Positions 38,501 through 52,059 are shown, counted from the first letter of the stretch. The stretch: 64,000 nucleotides of DNA from Octopus sinensis (GCF_006345805.1 NC_042997.1:25110001-25174000); one strand, 5' to 3'. Program-made: numbers and translations. The notes: generated from the sequence alone by a model not told the origin.

Positions 38501-41072
38501 CTAGCAGTATCGCCCGGCATTGCTCGGGTTTATAAGGGAAATAACTATAAAGCATTTTTAGAGAGTTATAGCCAAAAAATAGCAAATAAATGCATTAAAA
38601 ATGGAAAAAAAATTATAGTAAATTTTTTAAAGTCGTTGACTCATCGTAGACATTTTTAGAGAGGTACTTCCCTTAAATAATAGCAAAAAAATGCATTAAA
38701 ATGGAAAAAAATGATGGTAAATTATTTTTGAAGTCGTAGACTCATCGTAGACGCGAGCTAATACCTAGAAGGGCTCGATATGAATCACAACTATAAGATA
38801 CCCGGTTTTGGTTAAACTGCACCGCAAAATGTGGGAGTAGTTAGGAATCAAATCGTAGGAGACAGACACACAACTTTACTTTTATATATAAAGATTTGTG
38901 CAACAACTAAAACATTCGGTTGTGCAAATTGTTTGCACAGGAAACCTGCCCTGTGTTGCGGTTTTTGCCGTTTTTGTGGATCTGATTCAGCTTTTTTACC
39001 GATTTCTGTTTTGGCGACTTTAAGCCATGAAGTCGTTGTTCTAAAAGAACGCTGGTCTCCTTCACAACGCTTTACGACGTTGATTTCCTTACACTCCCTT
39101 CCCCACAGCATTACGAGGGAGGGAAGAAGGGGGAGAAGCAACACAGGTGCAGGTGTGAGCATGGACGCCAACTCCGCCGCCATCGACACACGAAAAAATA
39201 TGCGTTAATATGGAAAAAAATTATGGTAAATTATTTTTTAAATCGTAGACTCATCCTAGACGCGCGCTAATACGCAGACGAGCTCGATATGAATCACGAC
39301 TATAAGATACCCAAATTTGGTTAAACTGCACCGCAAAATGTGGGAGTAGTAAGGAATCTAAATCGTAGGAGACAGACACTCACACAACTTCACTTTTATA
39401 TATATAGATATATATATGGTCTTATGCTATATGCGCACATATATGTGCGTGCGCGAACGTGAGCGTGCGCCTGCGCAAAAGTGTGACTGCGCATGCACAA
39501 ACGTGTGACTGCGCATGCCCGAAAATGTAATTGCGCATGCGTTAAAGTGTGCGTGCGCATGCGCGAAAGTATGACTGTGCATGCACGTGTGCGTGCGCAT
39601 GCGCGAACGTCTGACTGCACATGCGCGAAAGTGTGAATGCGCATGCGCGAAAGTGTGCCTGCGCATGCGCAAACGTGTGACTGCGCATTTGGGTTTACTA
39701 TTTGGCTTGGCTATTTTGGTTTGCTATTTGGCTCAGCTATATGGGTTGGCTATTCGGCCTGGCTATTTGGATTATCTATTTGTGTATGCTATTTGTGTTG
39801 GCTATTTGGCATAGCTATTTGGCTAGGTTATTTGGCTTGTCTATTTGGCTTGGCTATTTGTGTTTGCTATTTGGGTTGGCAATTTGGCTATTTGGGTTGG
39901 CTTTTTCAGTTGGCTATTTGGCTTGGCTATTTGGGTTGGCTATTTGGGTTTGCTATTTGTGTTGGCTATTTGGCTTAGCTATTTGGCTAGGCTATTTAGC
40001 TTGGCTATTTGGGTTGGCTATTTGTGTTTGTTATTTGGGTTGGTTATTTAGGTTGACTATTTGTGTTTCCTATTTGGGTTGGATATTTGGCTTGGCTATT
40101 TGGCTAGGCTATTTGGGTTGGCTATATGGCTTGGCTATTTGGCTTAGCTATTTGGGTTGGCAACTTGGGTTGGCTATTTGGGTTTGCTATTTGGCTTGGC
40201 TATTTGGGTTTGCTATTTGGGTTTGCTATTTGTGTTGGCTATTTGGCTTAGCTATTTGGCTAGGCTATTTGGGTTGGCTATTTGGGTTGGCTATTTGGCT
40301 TGGCTATTTGAGTCTCCTATTCTGCTTAAACTCGAACGTGTGACTACGCATGTGCGAAAGTGTGACCGTGCATGCGCGAACGTGTGCGTGCGCGTGCTTG
40401 AATTTGTGCGTGCGCATGCGCGAACGTGACCGGGCATGCCGAAGGTGTGACTGCGCATGCGCGAACGTGTTCGTGTGCATGCTCGAACGTGTGACTGCGC
40501 ATGCGCGAAAGTGTGACTGCGCATGCGCGAACTTGTGCGGGCGCATGCGCGATTTTGTGCGTGCGCATGCGCGAACGTGTGACTGCGCATGCTTGAACGT
40601 GTTCCTGTGCATGCGCGAGCGTTTGACTGCGCATGCGCGAAAGTGTGTCTGCAGATGCGCGAACGTGTGCGTGCGCATTCGCGATGGTGTGCGTGCACAT
40701 GCACGAACGTGTGATTCGAATGCGCGAAGGTGTGACTGCACATGCGCAGTCACACATTCGTGCATGCGCAGTCACACTTTGCGAGGGAGGGAAGAAGGGG
40801 GAGTATCAACACAGGTGCAGGTGTGAGCATGGACGCCAACTCCGCCGCCATCGACACACGAAAAAATATGCGTTAAAATGGAAAAAAATGATGTTAAATT
40901 ATTTTTTAAATCGTAGCACTCATTGTAGCCGCGCGCTAATACCCAGACGGGCTCGATATGATCATGACTAAGATACCCGAATTGGTTAAACTGCACCGCA
41001 AAATGTGGGAGTAGTTAGGAATCTAAATCGTAGAGACAGACACTCACACAACTTCACTTTTATATATACCGA
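38501..41072 (-). mobile_element. Composite Helitron H1: three 5' heads, one 3' terminator
   Basis: TC-start heads at 41072, 39408 and 38894, and a single hairpin + CTAG|T end at 38501. Confidence 0.8.
39430..40780. repeat. Nested minisatellite A-B-A: (GTGTGACTGCGCATGCGCGAA)-type arrays around a (TATTTGG[C/G]TTGGC)-type array
   Basis: A at about 39430-39690 and 40335-40780; B at about 39690-40310. Confidence 0.95.
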
Positions 41073-41339
41073 TATAGTGTAATAAATAAAATATATGCAT
41101 ACATACATACATATATGTACGTACCTACATCTACATGTATATATACATGCATATATAAATATATATACGTGAGTACAGGACACCACAACTTGACGTAGAA
41201 CTCAACGAGAAACGAAAACGGAAAAACAAGCATGGAACAAACCATTTTTTACAACAGAAAAACAGAGTACAAGACAAAGTACACAAGGAAAAATCCCCTT
41301 CATCAGCTGTCCCTAGTTCAACTCTAGCGTGTTTCGAAG

Positions 41340-41384
<45 letters not shown>

Positions 41385-41596
41385 TCTCCTTTTTTTTCTC
41401 TCCTTTTTTTCTCTCCATTTTTTCTCTCCTTCTTTCTGTGTTTTTTTCTCTCTGTGTATCTTTCTGTTGAAGAGCGTAGGCTCGAAACGTTAAAGACTTG
41501 TTTTATTTATATTTCCTGAGCGCCATACTAATACAATTGTTTGTTTGTTTTCCACCTGCCTTCGTCTTTTGTCTATTTTCATAAAGCTTCCCGTTA
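41385..41596 (+). mobile_element. Solo terminal repeat of the PLE at 1631-5098
   Basis: Near-identical to the reverse complement of about 1631-1800, ending AAGCTTCCCGTT then (TA)n. Confidence 0.88.
41459..41496 (+). ncRNA. Minimal hammerhead motif (second copy, CUGUUGA)
   Basis: Identical to the 1727-1764 motif. Confidence 0.65.
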
Positions 41597-42010
41597 ATAT
41601 ATATATATATTATATATATATATATATAATATATATATATAACAAAGCAAAGGTACTGCACAAGTGAAAAATATAGGAAAGAGGATCTGAAAGTGCAGAG
41701 GTGAAACCGGTCAAGTCAATTAAAATCTTTGAAAGACTTCTGCCTTTTCAAATCCTCTTTCCTATATATATTCTCTTATTCTTTTACTTGTTTCAGTCAT
41801 TTTAACTGCAGCCATGTTGGAGCACCACTCTTAGTCGAACAACTCGACCTGTGCACGTATTCTTTGTAACCTAGTACTTATTTTATCGGCCTCTTATGCC
41901 GAGCTGCTAAGTTTCGGGTGATTAAACACACCAACATCGGTTATCAACCGATGGTGGGGGTACAAACTCAGACACACAAATACATACATGACATATATAT
42001 ATATATATAT

Positions 42011-42403
42011 ATTTATATTTAAAAGTGAGGTTGTGTGTCTGTCTCCTACGATTTAGATTCCTAACTACTCCCACATTTTGCGGTGCAGTTTAACCAAAAC
42101 CGGGTATCTTATAGTCGTGATTCATATCGAGCCCTTCTGGGTATTAGCGCGCGTCTACAATGAGTCTACGATTTTAAAAATAATTTACCATCATTTCTTT
42201 CCATTTTAATGCATTTTTTCGCTATTATATAAGGGAAGTAACTCTCTAAAAAGTCTACGATGAGTCAACGATTTAAAAAAAATTTACCATCATTTTTTTC
42301 CATTTTTAATGCATTTTGTTGCTATTTTTGGGCTATAACTCTCTAAAAATGCTTTATAGTTATTTCCCTTACAAACCCAAGCAACGCCGGGTGATACTGC
42401 TAG
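42011..42403 (+). mobile_element. Non-autonomous Helitron H1
   Basis: Copy of 21135-21530 with a CTAG|T end. Confidence 0.87.
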
Positions 42404-42694
42404 TATATATATATATATGTATATACGACGGGCTTTTTTATATTTTCCGTCAACAATATATATTTCTATGTACTACTAAACGGTTCATGTGCTGAGACCA
42501 TGCCTCACAATATCTTTTAACACGTCTGAAGATTGCACTAGAGCACTAGCACAACACTGTCTAGGATGCTTTCATAAAAACATATATTGTGCTTATTGAA
42601 TAGTATGTATCTCCGATCAGATGAAGTATTTTGTTGCTCATCTTACCACCAGGGAACACGCCATATGGTGTGTATGTGTGTATGTGTTATGTAG

Positions 42695-42734
<40 letters not shown>

Positions 42735-42755
42735 ATAATATAATATATATATATA

Positions 42756-43099
42756 AAAGGGTAAAGACCCCCTTCGGTCATGAGTGACCATGGGTTTGCA
42801 CCTAGAGAGTTACCCTCTGAGGCACAAGTCTGGGCAAGGTTGTTTTTAGGAAGACACCAGCCAGTCGCCCATGCATACCGGCCTCCCCTCTCACGCCACC
42901 AGTGTTATCCAAGGGAAAGACAAAGGTCGATACAGCTTAGCACCAGTGACGTCGCAACTCATTTCTACAGCTGAGTGAACTGGAGCAACGTGAAATAAAG
43001 TGCTTTACTCAAGAACACAACTCGCAGACCCGGTCCTGGATTCGAACTCACAACCGCACGATCGTAAGCTCGACGCTCCAAACCACTGAGCCATGCGCC

Positions 43100-43104
<5 letters not shown>
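42756..43104 (-). mobile_element. SINE head D with a third tail type
   Basis: TGGCTCAGTGG / GAGTTCGAATCC boxes, CORE-like segment, and a distinct 3' region. Confidence 0.8.
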
Positions 43105-43164
<60 letters not shown>

Positions 43165-43191
43165 TATAATATATATATATATATATAATAT

Positions 43192-43271
<80 letters not shown>

Positions 43272-43372
43272 ATATATATATATATAGTGGAGGCGCATGG
43301 CTCAGTGGTTGGAGCGTCGAGCTTACGATATATATATATATATAATATATATATTAATATATATATATATAA

Positions 43373-43612
43373 TATTATTAGAGACAAAACCACTATTTTG
43401 CAAAAAAACAAGGAAAGACTTAATCAATACATAAAATTTTAATAAAAAGTCTTTTTGACTTTTTATTAAAATTTATGTATTGATTAAGTTTTCCTTGTTT
43501 GTTTTGCAAAATAGTGGTTTGTCTCCAATAATATTATATAATATTTTACTATAAAATGGGATTTAATCCTAAATCTGATTTTTTCCCTGTAAATTTGGAT
43601 TTATTCCCTAAT
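43373..43612 (+). mobile_element. Second fold-back element of the 24985 family, without the ribozyme spacer
   Basis: Arms about 43373-43451 and 43457-43533, a TTTTT loop, and the same unique tail. Confidence 0.85.
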
Positions 43613-43620
43613 ATTATATA

Positions 43621-43674
<54 letters not shown>

Positions 43675-44013
43675 GCATAAGTTCATGTCTATCACGGAGA
43701 TTTGAATACTATAAACAAATCAATTGTGCAGGATTTTCAGCAAGAAATTACAGACGCTTCTTTTTTTCAAATTCGAATTATTACCTACATGAGTCAGTGC
43801 ACTTTTGTATTGTCACATTAATTAATCTACTTGTGTGTGTGAAATTTCTAGAGGACACCCACAAATATAAATCCTTATCTACACCGTAATTACCTTTATA
43901 GATTGGCTTATGATATGGCTTGAGTTGTTTCTGCAATTTTTTTCCTTATAATATACAGTTCGGGGGATCTCCAATATTGTATATTAACTTGTGTTTCTTT
44001 CAGAATGCAATAT

Positions 44014-45752
44014 TCAGACTTCACTTGTTGGAAAATCGGATGAAAAACAACATATTTCAATTTTAGTCAAATAGGGAGTCTCTAAGCGTTTGCTTGCTTT
44101 CATGGAATCGGATGTAAATCTTCCTGAAATCACACTCTTGTGTCTTGAATATGAGAAGGTCACTCTGGAGAATCATAGTCATTGATATATGAATGCCTTT
44201 GTACGTAGGACTAACATGAATTATTGCATGGCATCCGAATAAATGAGGATATTCTACCAGTTTGTTTCATCTGCTACAAATAACGAAACAAAATCTCATT
44301 GAAATTACACCCTGCCATTTTAAAATATGACCATGTACATAAATCAGCTGTGATAGTTTATGTTCACTTTCTATTCTTTCACTTGTGAAGGCAAGTGGCT
44401 TAAGATTGTGATTTCGATTCCTGGACAGAGTAATGCATTAGGTTACTCTTTACTCTTTTACTTGTTTCAGTCATTTGACTGCGGCCATGCTGGAGCACCG
44501 CCTTTAGTCGAGCAAATCGACCCCGGGACTTATTCTTTGTAAGCCCAGTACTTATTATATCGGTCTCCTTTTGCCGAACCGCTAAGTGACGGGGACGTAA
44601 ACACACCAGCGTACAAACATATACATACACATACATACATATATATACATATATACGACTGGCTTCTTTCAGTTTCCGTCTACCAAATCCACTCACAAGG
44701 CATTGGTCGGCCCGAGGCTATAGCAGAAGACACTTGCCCAAGATGCCACGCAGTGGGACTGAACCCAGAACCATGTGGTTGGTAGGCAAGCTACTTACCA
44801 CACAGCCAATCCTGCGCCTATGGTTGTTGAATAAAACACTTCATTTCATATTGCTCCAGTCTACTCAGCTCGAAAATGTGAGCAAACATTTGGCGGAACG
44901 GTGTTCCATACAGTGGCAGGAAATATATATACTACCTAATCCGGGAAACCGCTACTCACTTTGGATCTAATATACTGGTTCCTAAGTCGAAAATTGCTAC
45001 CCAAACTTCTATCACTTTCACTGACTTTTTTTCTGTCCCTCTTTCCCTCTCTGTCTTTCTCACTTTCACTCTTTCTCTCTCTCTCTTTCTCTCACACACA
45101 GACACACACACACATAAACACAGCCGCACGCACGCACACACTCTCTCTTTCTCTCTCTCTCCCTCCCTCTCTTTCGGTCACACACATTCTCTTTCTCTCA
45201 CACACACGCTTTCCCTCTCTCACCCTGTCACATTTCCTCCCTCCTATCTGAATCTTCTCATCAGCTAACGTTTTGCATGACAAAGTCTTAAAAGGAAAGA
45301 AAAAAGAAAGAATGATAAAGAGAAAGAGAGAGAGAGAGAAAGATAGAGAAAGAGAGAAAGAAAGAAGTGCGAGAGAAAAGAAAAAGAAAAGCATTATGTA
45401 CTAGGAATTTCTTGACTACTAATTTAGGCTGAGGTGTAGCATATACGCTGACCGGCCGAAGTCCTAGCACTTACACTGTCCCCAACCAATCCCTTTTAAC
45501 GTCCTTCCCTTCTATAAAGAAAAGAAAAGTCAACATATCCCCCAACATCCCCGTCTACGGCACTGTTTATCTATTAATCACAGCGTCATTTGTCTGTTCA
45601 GCGGAGCATTAAAGTATGCTGAGCATTCAAAAAAATGAGAAGGAGAGCTAATAATAACGTCGTGTGGACATGGTTAAACAAGCAGGGCAGACCACGATAG
45701 GATAGGCATGGCGAAGCCAGGACAAGGTCATCTTACCGATTGTATGCTTCAT
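44014..45752 (-). CDS. Candidate three-exon small ORF (45752-45737, 45511-45475, 44164-44014), 67 aa
   Basis: GTAAGA and GTAAGT donors, ttttcttttctttatAG acceptor, and phases that join in frame: MKHTIEGKDVKRDWLGTVVTFSYSRHK...PTSEV*. No homolog recognised. Confidence 0.2.
44445..44780 (-). mobile_element. SINE family B
   Basis: Family B motifs. Confidence 0.88.
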
Positions 45753-46152
45753 GAGTGTGTGTGTGTGTGTTGTGAGCGTGTGTGCTGGTGTATGTAGAAG
45801 AGTGTGTATTTGTGACAAAGAGGATTGGTTAATGTGTGCGAATCTGTAAACGTATTTGCAACTTACGACGGTCAGGAGAAATACTCGTATTTCGTACCGT
45901 AGCAATAGACACATCATTCGATTCCATAGAAAATCTATACGTTTATGTATTTAATTTGTAAGATTTTTGGTGTGAAATCATGAGCTGAAACTGATATCGT
46001 TATATTTGTGGATTGTCATTTTACCGCACTATTTATTTAATCGTTACTTTAGATTTATCTGTTATATAAAATCCATTCTGTTTGTGTGTGTGTGTCTTCT
46101 AGGATCTCAGGCATCCTCCATCCGATTGCGCTCAAATTTGATATGTAGCTAC

Positions 46153-46385
46153 CTATTTCTTTACTACTCACAAGGGGTTAAACACAGAGGGGACAAACAA
46201 AGACAGACACACGGATTAAGTCGATTATATCGACCCCAGTGCGTAACTGGTACTTAATTTATCGACCCCGAAAGGATGAAAAGCAAAGTCGACCTCGGCG
46301 GAAGTTGAACTCAGAACGTAGCGGCAGACGAAATACGGCTACGCATTTCGCCCGGCGTGCTAACGTTTCAGCCAGCTTACCGACG
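46153..46385 (-). mobile_element. SINE family A
   Basis: Family A motifs. Confidence 0.88.
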
Positions 46386-47392
46386 GTATCAGGGCGTGAA
46401 TAAGTCTTGAAAAAATTACAAAAATAGATTCCAGGTGAGAATGCGATCGATAAAGCCGTGGGAACGTGCATTTGTACGCATAAGTACATTAGTCGTGGCG
46501 ATCGATACTACGCGTACACGAGAAGAATGCATGCACAGTTTACGCAAAAACGCCGGCCTGTTTGGTATCTCAAATTTAGGTTAAATCAGTGTTTCTCAAA
46601 GGGGAGGCCTATGGGACGGTCGGACAAGATGTTTTGAGAAAATTTGGTTTAAATGTTTGACAACTCGGCACCGTCCATTGGACGAGGAGTGGAGGGAGGG
46701 GGGCTTTTGCTCGTTATAAGTATATTTGTCAGAGTTTCCTCGTCACTCATTCTGTTGCATCTTCAGTGACTATATGTTCATCGCATCCCCTCTTTTCTCT
46801 GAACTGGTCCACTCACTACCATCTTGTCCTAGATTCCCAAATAAAAGGAAAGCTGTCATTTAAAATTTCTTGGATTGGTAACTGTTTACGTATATGCCTG
46901 CGAATTATTCTTTTATCCTTTTATTTGTTTGTCATTCGAATGTGGCTGTGCTGGAGCACCGCCTTTAGTCGAACAAATCAACCCAAGGATTTATTGTTTG
47001 TAAGCCTAATACATATTATATATATTATACGTATTATATAGGTTTACCATTAATTCCGTGAAATATTCACGGGTCCCGCTAGGAAAAATACGTTGAATAA
47101 CGATTAGGGTATAAGCTGTAATAAATAACAATAATCAAAAATAATGGAATATAAGCATCAGTCCAGACTAAAGAATTTGAAGCAAAGTCGGCTTAGCGAA
47201 AAGTTCCTAAACTATCACATCATTGGACTCTACAGGCAGTCGTTCATCATCCTAGAAACAGCAGCTACATTTCTTAAAATTGCGTCCTAGCGTCGTAAAA
47301 ACCTGCAGCGGAGAACGTAAAAAAATTCCTTTAACGAAAGTGTGTATGCGTGAGTGCTAGTAGGCAGGTATGAATATCCCTCTCTCTTTCTT

Positions 47393-47429
<37 letters not shown>

Positions 47430-48149
47430 TATTATATATAAAAACATTCATTCTTATATTATTGCGGCGTTACGTTTGTTTGTCCAATTTTAAACCCTGC
47501 ACGACTTCTATACACACTGTCGTTCCTACCCGCCATTGCTTCTTCACCAAACTTTTTGGCGCCCTCCGATTCTTCCCCCCTCTTCCTCCATCCTCCTCTC
47601 CTCTTCCTCCCATCCTCCTTGATCCCTTCTTTCTCCTTTTCTCTTGGTCACTGATTCTGTCCCCTGCCTTCCACCCTCTTTGATTCCCTCTCGTCTCTGT
47701 CTCTCTTTCTCTCTCTCGCCTGCAACCTGCTTTCTTAACCATTCTGTTGGCCATCGTATCTCGACAACATGTGTCCGCTACCGAAACGGTAATTATTTCT
47801 ACGCCAGCTATGTTGTTGTTGTTTTGTCTCATTTGGTCTAAAGTCGTATGACAACCACCATTATATATTTTTTTTTTTCATTACTGTTTTCAATTTCGTT
47901 TTCGTCTTTGTATTTACATCCGTCTTGTGCGTTCACATTCCTGTCTTCTACCAAGAAATCTATGCTTACAGCTAGTTTTTTTTCTTGGGGCTGGCCGAGT
48001 TGGAGCAAATATCAGAATTGAACAGCCGAAATTTGCTATGATGATTCGGTGTCTGACTGAAGATTGAAGGCTTCGAATGATTTGTCTGTGTTCCGTGTTC
48101 GTCCCTTCCTGTATTTCACGTTCATTATATATATAAAAACATTCATTCT

Positions 48150-48180
<31 letters not shown>

Positions 48181-48277
48181 CTACATATTATAATATTATC
48201 TTTCTCTCATGTATGTATATAACTAAGAATAACACACACGCACATACATATTGCATATGCGTGTGTAGATAGATAAG

Positions 48278-48324
<47 letters not shown>

Positions 48325-48325
48325 G

Positions 48326-48362
<37 letters not shown>

Positions 48363-48533
48363 TGATTGATATTGGAATAGAGAGAGAGAATGAAAGAAAG
48401 AAATATATGGTGCAAATTTACACTTTTCCTTTCATTCAAGCGTTAAATTAACACCTTATTCAACGTACTGTGATAATTTCATGTTTTCCAGACTACTTCC
48501 ACTTATTATTATTATTATCATTAATTATTATTA

Positions 48534-48587
<54 letters not shown>

Positions 48588-48588
48588 A

Positions 48589-48629
<41 letters not shown>

Positions 48630-48752
48630 TTGCATTATGTGTAAGCTGGTATGTATGTGTGTATATATATATATATATGTACGTACGTACCTACCAACCA
48701 ACCAGCCAACCAAACTACCTACCTTCTTCCCTACTTACAGTCATCCCCCAGA

Positions 48753-48839
<87 letters not shown>

Positions 48840-51800
48840 TTAGTGGGGGATTGGAATGCTACCTTGGACACGCATGTAGACTACGTGGGTAGAGATAGGA
48901 ATAGACGGGGATGCAAATGCCTCAGAGACCTGCTCAGACGCTTTCAACTGTCTGACAGGTTTCGACTAGACCACCCGAATGCGCCAACGTGGACATGGAG
49001 CAACCGCATCGGGTCGTCGAGATCGTATCTAGATAGGATACTGTGTAGGACAGTAGATAGAGATAGCATAGGATGTCCACAATTCCACATAGTCAGCTAC
49101 ACGGATCACAAACTTGTGACATGTACGCTAGACTTAGGTAAGACACTTAGGCAGGTCCCGGTACTGGAAACTAACGCGTCTTTCCCATCGAGACAAGTTT
49201 TCAGAGACGGATTAGCACACTAGTAAAGAGGGCTTTGACGGGAGCCATCATCAACAACAAATGGTGGTTTGCCCTCAAGAGAGCAGTAAAAGCAGAAGCG
49301 ATTAGGTACAGCAAAGCACTAGCCATAGATAGAAATAGAGTAGAGGGTGAGCTAGTTAAGAAGCTAGAAGAGGCAATTAGAAGCGGCATCGCATCCGACG
49401 TTTTGGCGGCGAGTTGGCCCTCGACCAACACTTCAACGCCAAACACGAAGGATGTGCTGTCAGAGCTAGGATGCGTGCTCTAAGGAACGAAGGTGTTGGA
49501 GCCGCGAGAGAGGCCCGGGTGGCAGAGGCGCAACAGGGCAACAAATCCACCATTCGGTCACTGGTAGATGAACAGGGGCGCGAATTTCTCGAGCCAAGTA
49601 AAATGTGTGAGGCCTTTCAGCAGCATTTTGCCCGACTGTTCGGAACGAGTGGAGGGCAAGAACGTAGGGTGGACTTCAGTGCCTACCTACATAGCCTACC
49701 ACGACTCTCGACAAGAAAGGCAGAGTGCTGCGAAGGTGCCATCACGGCGGCGGAAGTGCGGGAAGCGATGGCAGAATGCTCGAGGGACAAATCACCGGGT
49801 TTGGATGGTCTACCCTACGAGCTTTACAATTGTATGCCAGACTTGTTTGGAGATCTCTTGGCGGCGGTGTACAGCAACTGGCAGCAAAACGGGAGCATTC
49901 CTGGTTTTGTGAGCCGAGGAGCCGTAACACTCTGAAGAAAGATCTAAACAAGGGAAATGTAATAGATAACTTTAGGCCCATCACTCTGCTTAATGCAGAC
50001 TTGAAAATTTTGGCCAAGGTGCTAGCCAAGAGGTTGGCGCTTGTCATCGAGAAACTGGTCGACAAGGCGCAAACATGCGCCGTGCCAGGCCGACCATCCA
50101 TGACAACCTCCATCTGATGCGCTACATCATAGACAGGGTAGTTAACGAACCTGGCATGGGTGGGGCCCTGATCAACTTGGATCAATCAAAAGCCTTTGAT
50201 AGGGTAGACCATCGATACTTGGAGGCAGTCCTGAGAGCGGCTGGTTCGGTCCGTCTTCCGCGGCTGGATAGCTGCCTTGTACAGAGGCATCCGTTCGGTA
50301 ATTCGCGTAAATGGACATCTATCGAGACCTTTCGACATTGCACGTTCGGTCCGTCAGGGATGCCCCCTCTCGCGCTTCTACGTATTGACTCTTGAGCCAC
50401 TACTGCGGAAGCTGGCGACTCTAGGGGCATCCCGCGAGAATTGGGATGCGGGACGAGCGTGTCTGCATACGCGGACGACGTCACCGTCATAGTGTCTAGC
50501 CACGAGCACATCGAGCTGGTCGGCGAGACACTGAAAAACTACGAAGCGGTGACAGGAGCGAAAATCAACCGGGAAAAGTCAGTGGGCTTGCGACTAGGCA
50601 CCTGGAGAAGCAAGCCCATGCCGTCCACCAGCGCCTCCGTCGTGGGACGCTGGACCGACGGCCCGGTTGAGTTGCTCGGGGTCTGGTTTGGTCCGGACCT
50701 CCAAGTGGAGAAGAACTGGAACGAGATAACGAGTAGGGTGGTCACTCTCGCCCGGCAATGGGCCGAGAGGAAACTGTCCCTAAAAGGTCGAGCGGAGGTT
50801 GCGAACACGTACATCGCGTCCGTCATCTACTACCGCCTGACCGTCGTACCTTGTCCCGACCCTACCATCACCAAACTACAACGCATCCTCTTTCGCTTCT
50901 TGTGGAAAGGATGCGTCCCGATGGTCAGGCGATCCATTTGCTGTCAACACCCGTTAAAGGAGGCTGGGCATGCCGTGGTTGATGATGCGCAGACACGCGC
51001 TGAGACTGCGACATCTCTGGCTCTATGTAGACGACGGTGAACAGGTGTGGTCGCCGTTTGTGAGCACGCTTTCCCGCAGCTCGTCTCCATGACCGAACTG
51101 CAGTCGTGGATCAAAAAGAGGCCGAGGGGCGAGGGCGAATGGCACCGCGAGTGTCGCGTTGCTCTCAGCAACTCTGCCGTCCTGGGTCGACCTTAAGTGA
51201 CTTCAACACAACCAAAGCATTCTATAGGGGTTTAGTGGAGGGGAGGTACGACGACGAGCTCGGGCGAACCTGGACGTCGACGAGGAGTACCTGACCCGCC
51301 TGTTCGGGACGACTTTCGGGCCAGGGCCCATGGACAACTTCCAGAGATCCCTGGCCTGGCAGTGCTACCGAGAAGCGCTACCCGTTCGGGATAAGCTCTA
51401 CAGACACGGCTCGAGAAACACGGGGCCGACCTGCCCGAGATGCGGTCAGAGCGACGAAACCGTTCTGCACGCACTCGTTCAGTGTCCAACAATTTCCGAC
51501 CTGTGGGCTTATGTCGAACAACTGCTGTCACGTGTGGGACGAGTCGGTTTATCAGCTGAGTCTATCGTCAATATTGTCACGCCTCCTTCCTTCAAACGGG
51601 AAGGAAGAGCTATTTTCATCATCCTTGTGGCTATGGCGAAAGAATGTATCTGGTGGACGCGTCTGAAAGGATTGGAGAGAAACACTTTCCTCTCTGGTCA
51701 ATCTCTCATCAACTTCTTCAAGTACCACTTGAAAAGGAAAGTGAGAGTAGAGAGGCAAGTTTTGTCTAGCGAATGTTTTAAAAAAAGATGGGTGAATGTA

Positions 51801-52059
51801 GCAAGAATGGCACGTATGAATGACGAAGCCACCTTGAGCATAGTCCTATGAACCCAGAAATCGAAAACAGAGAGTTGCTTATTTGCAAAAAAAAAAAAAA
51901 AAAAAAAAGAAATATAAAATGTGACTTCATTGACCGAGGTTACCGTGGTCTTTTCCGCAGGCTTTCTTTCCACGGGTAAACCTCACCTGTCCTCCCCTTT
52001 ACACTTCATATTGACTTTCTGTGATAACGATCCCTATGATCATTTTTTTTTTCCTCTCC

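Noticed and set aside
39430-40780. CRISPR-like repeat array
   Set aside because: There are no unique spacers or cas genes; it is a degenerate eukaryotic minisatellite.
46588-46640. hAT-like end CAGTGTTTCTCAAA
   Set aside because: No partner terminus or TSD was found.
48040-48110. CTGAAGA motifs at about 48055 (+) and 34175 (-)
   Set aside because: No GAAA or stem III in register, so they cannot be supported as ribozymes.
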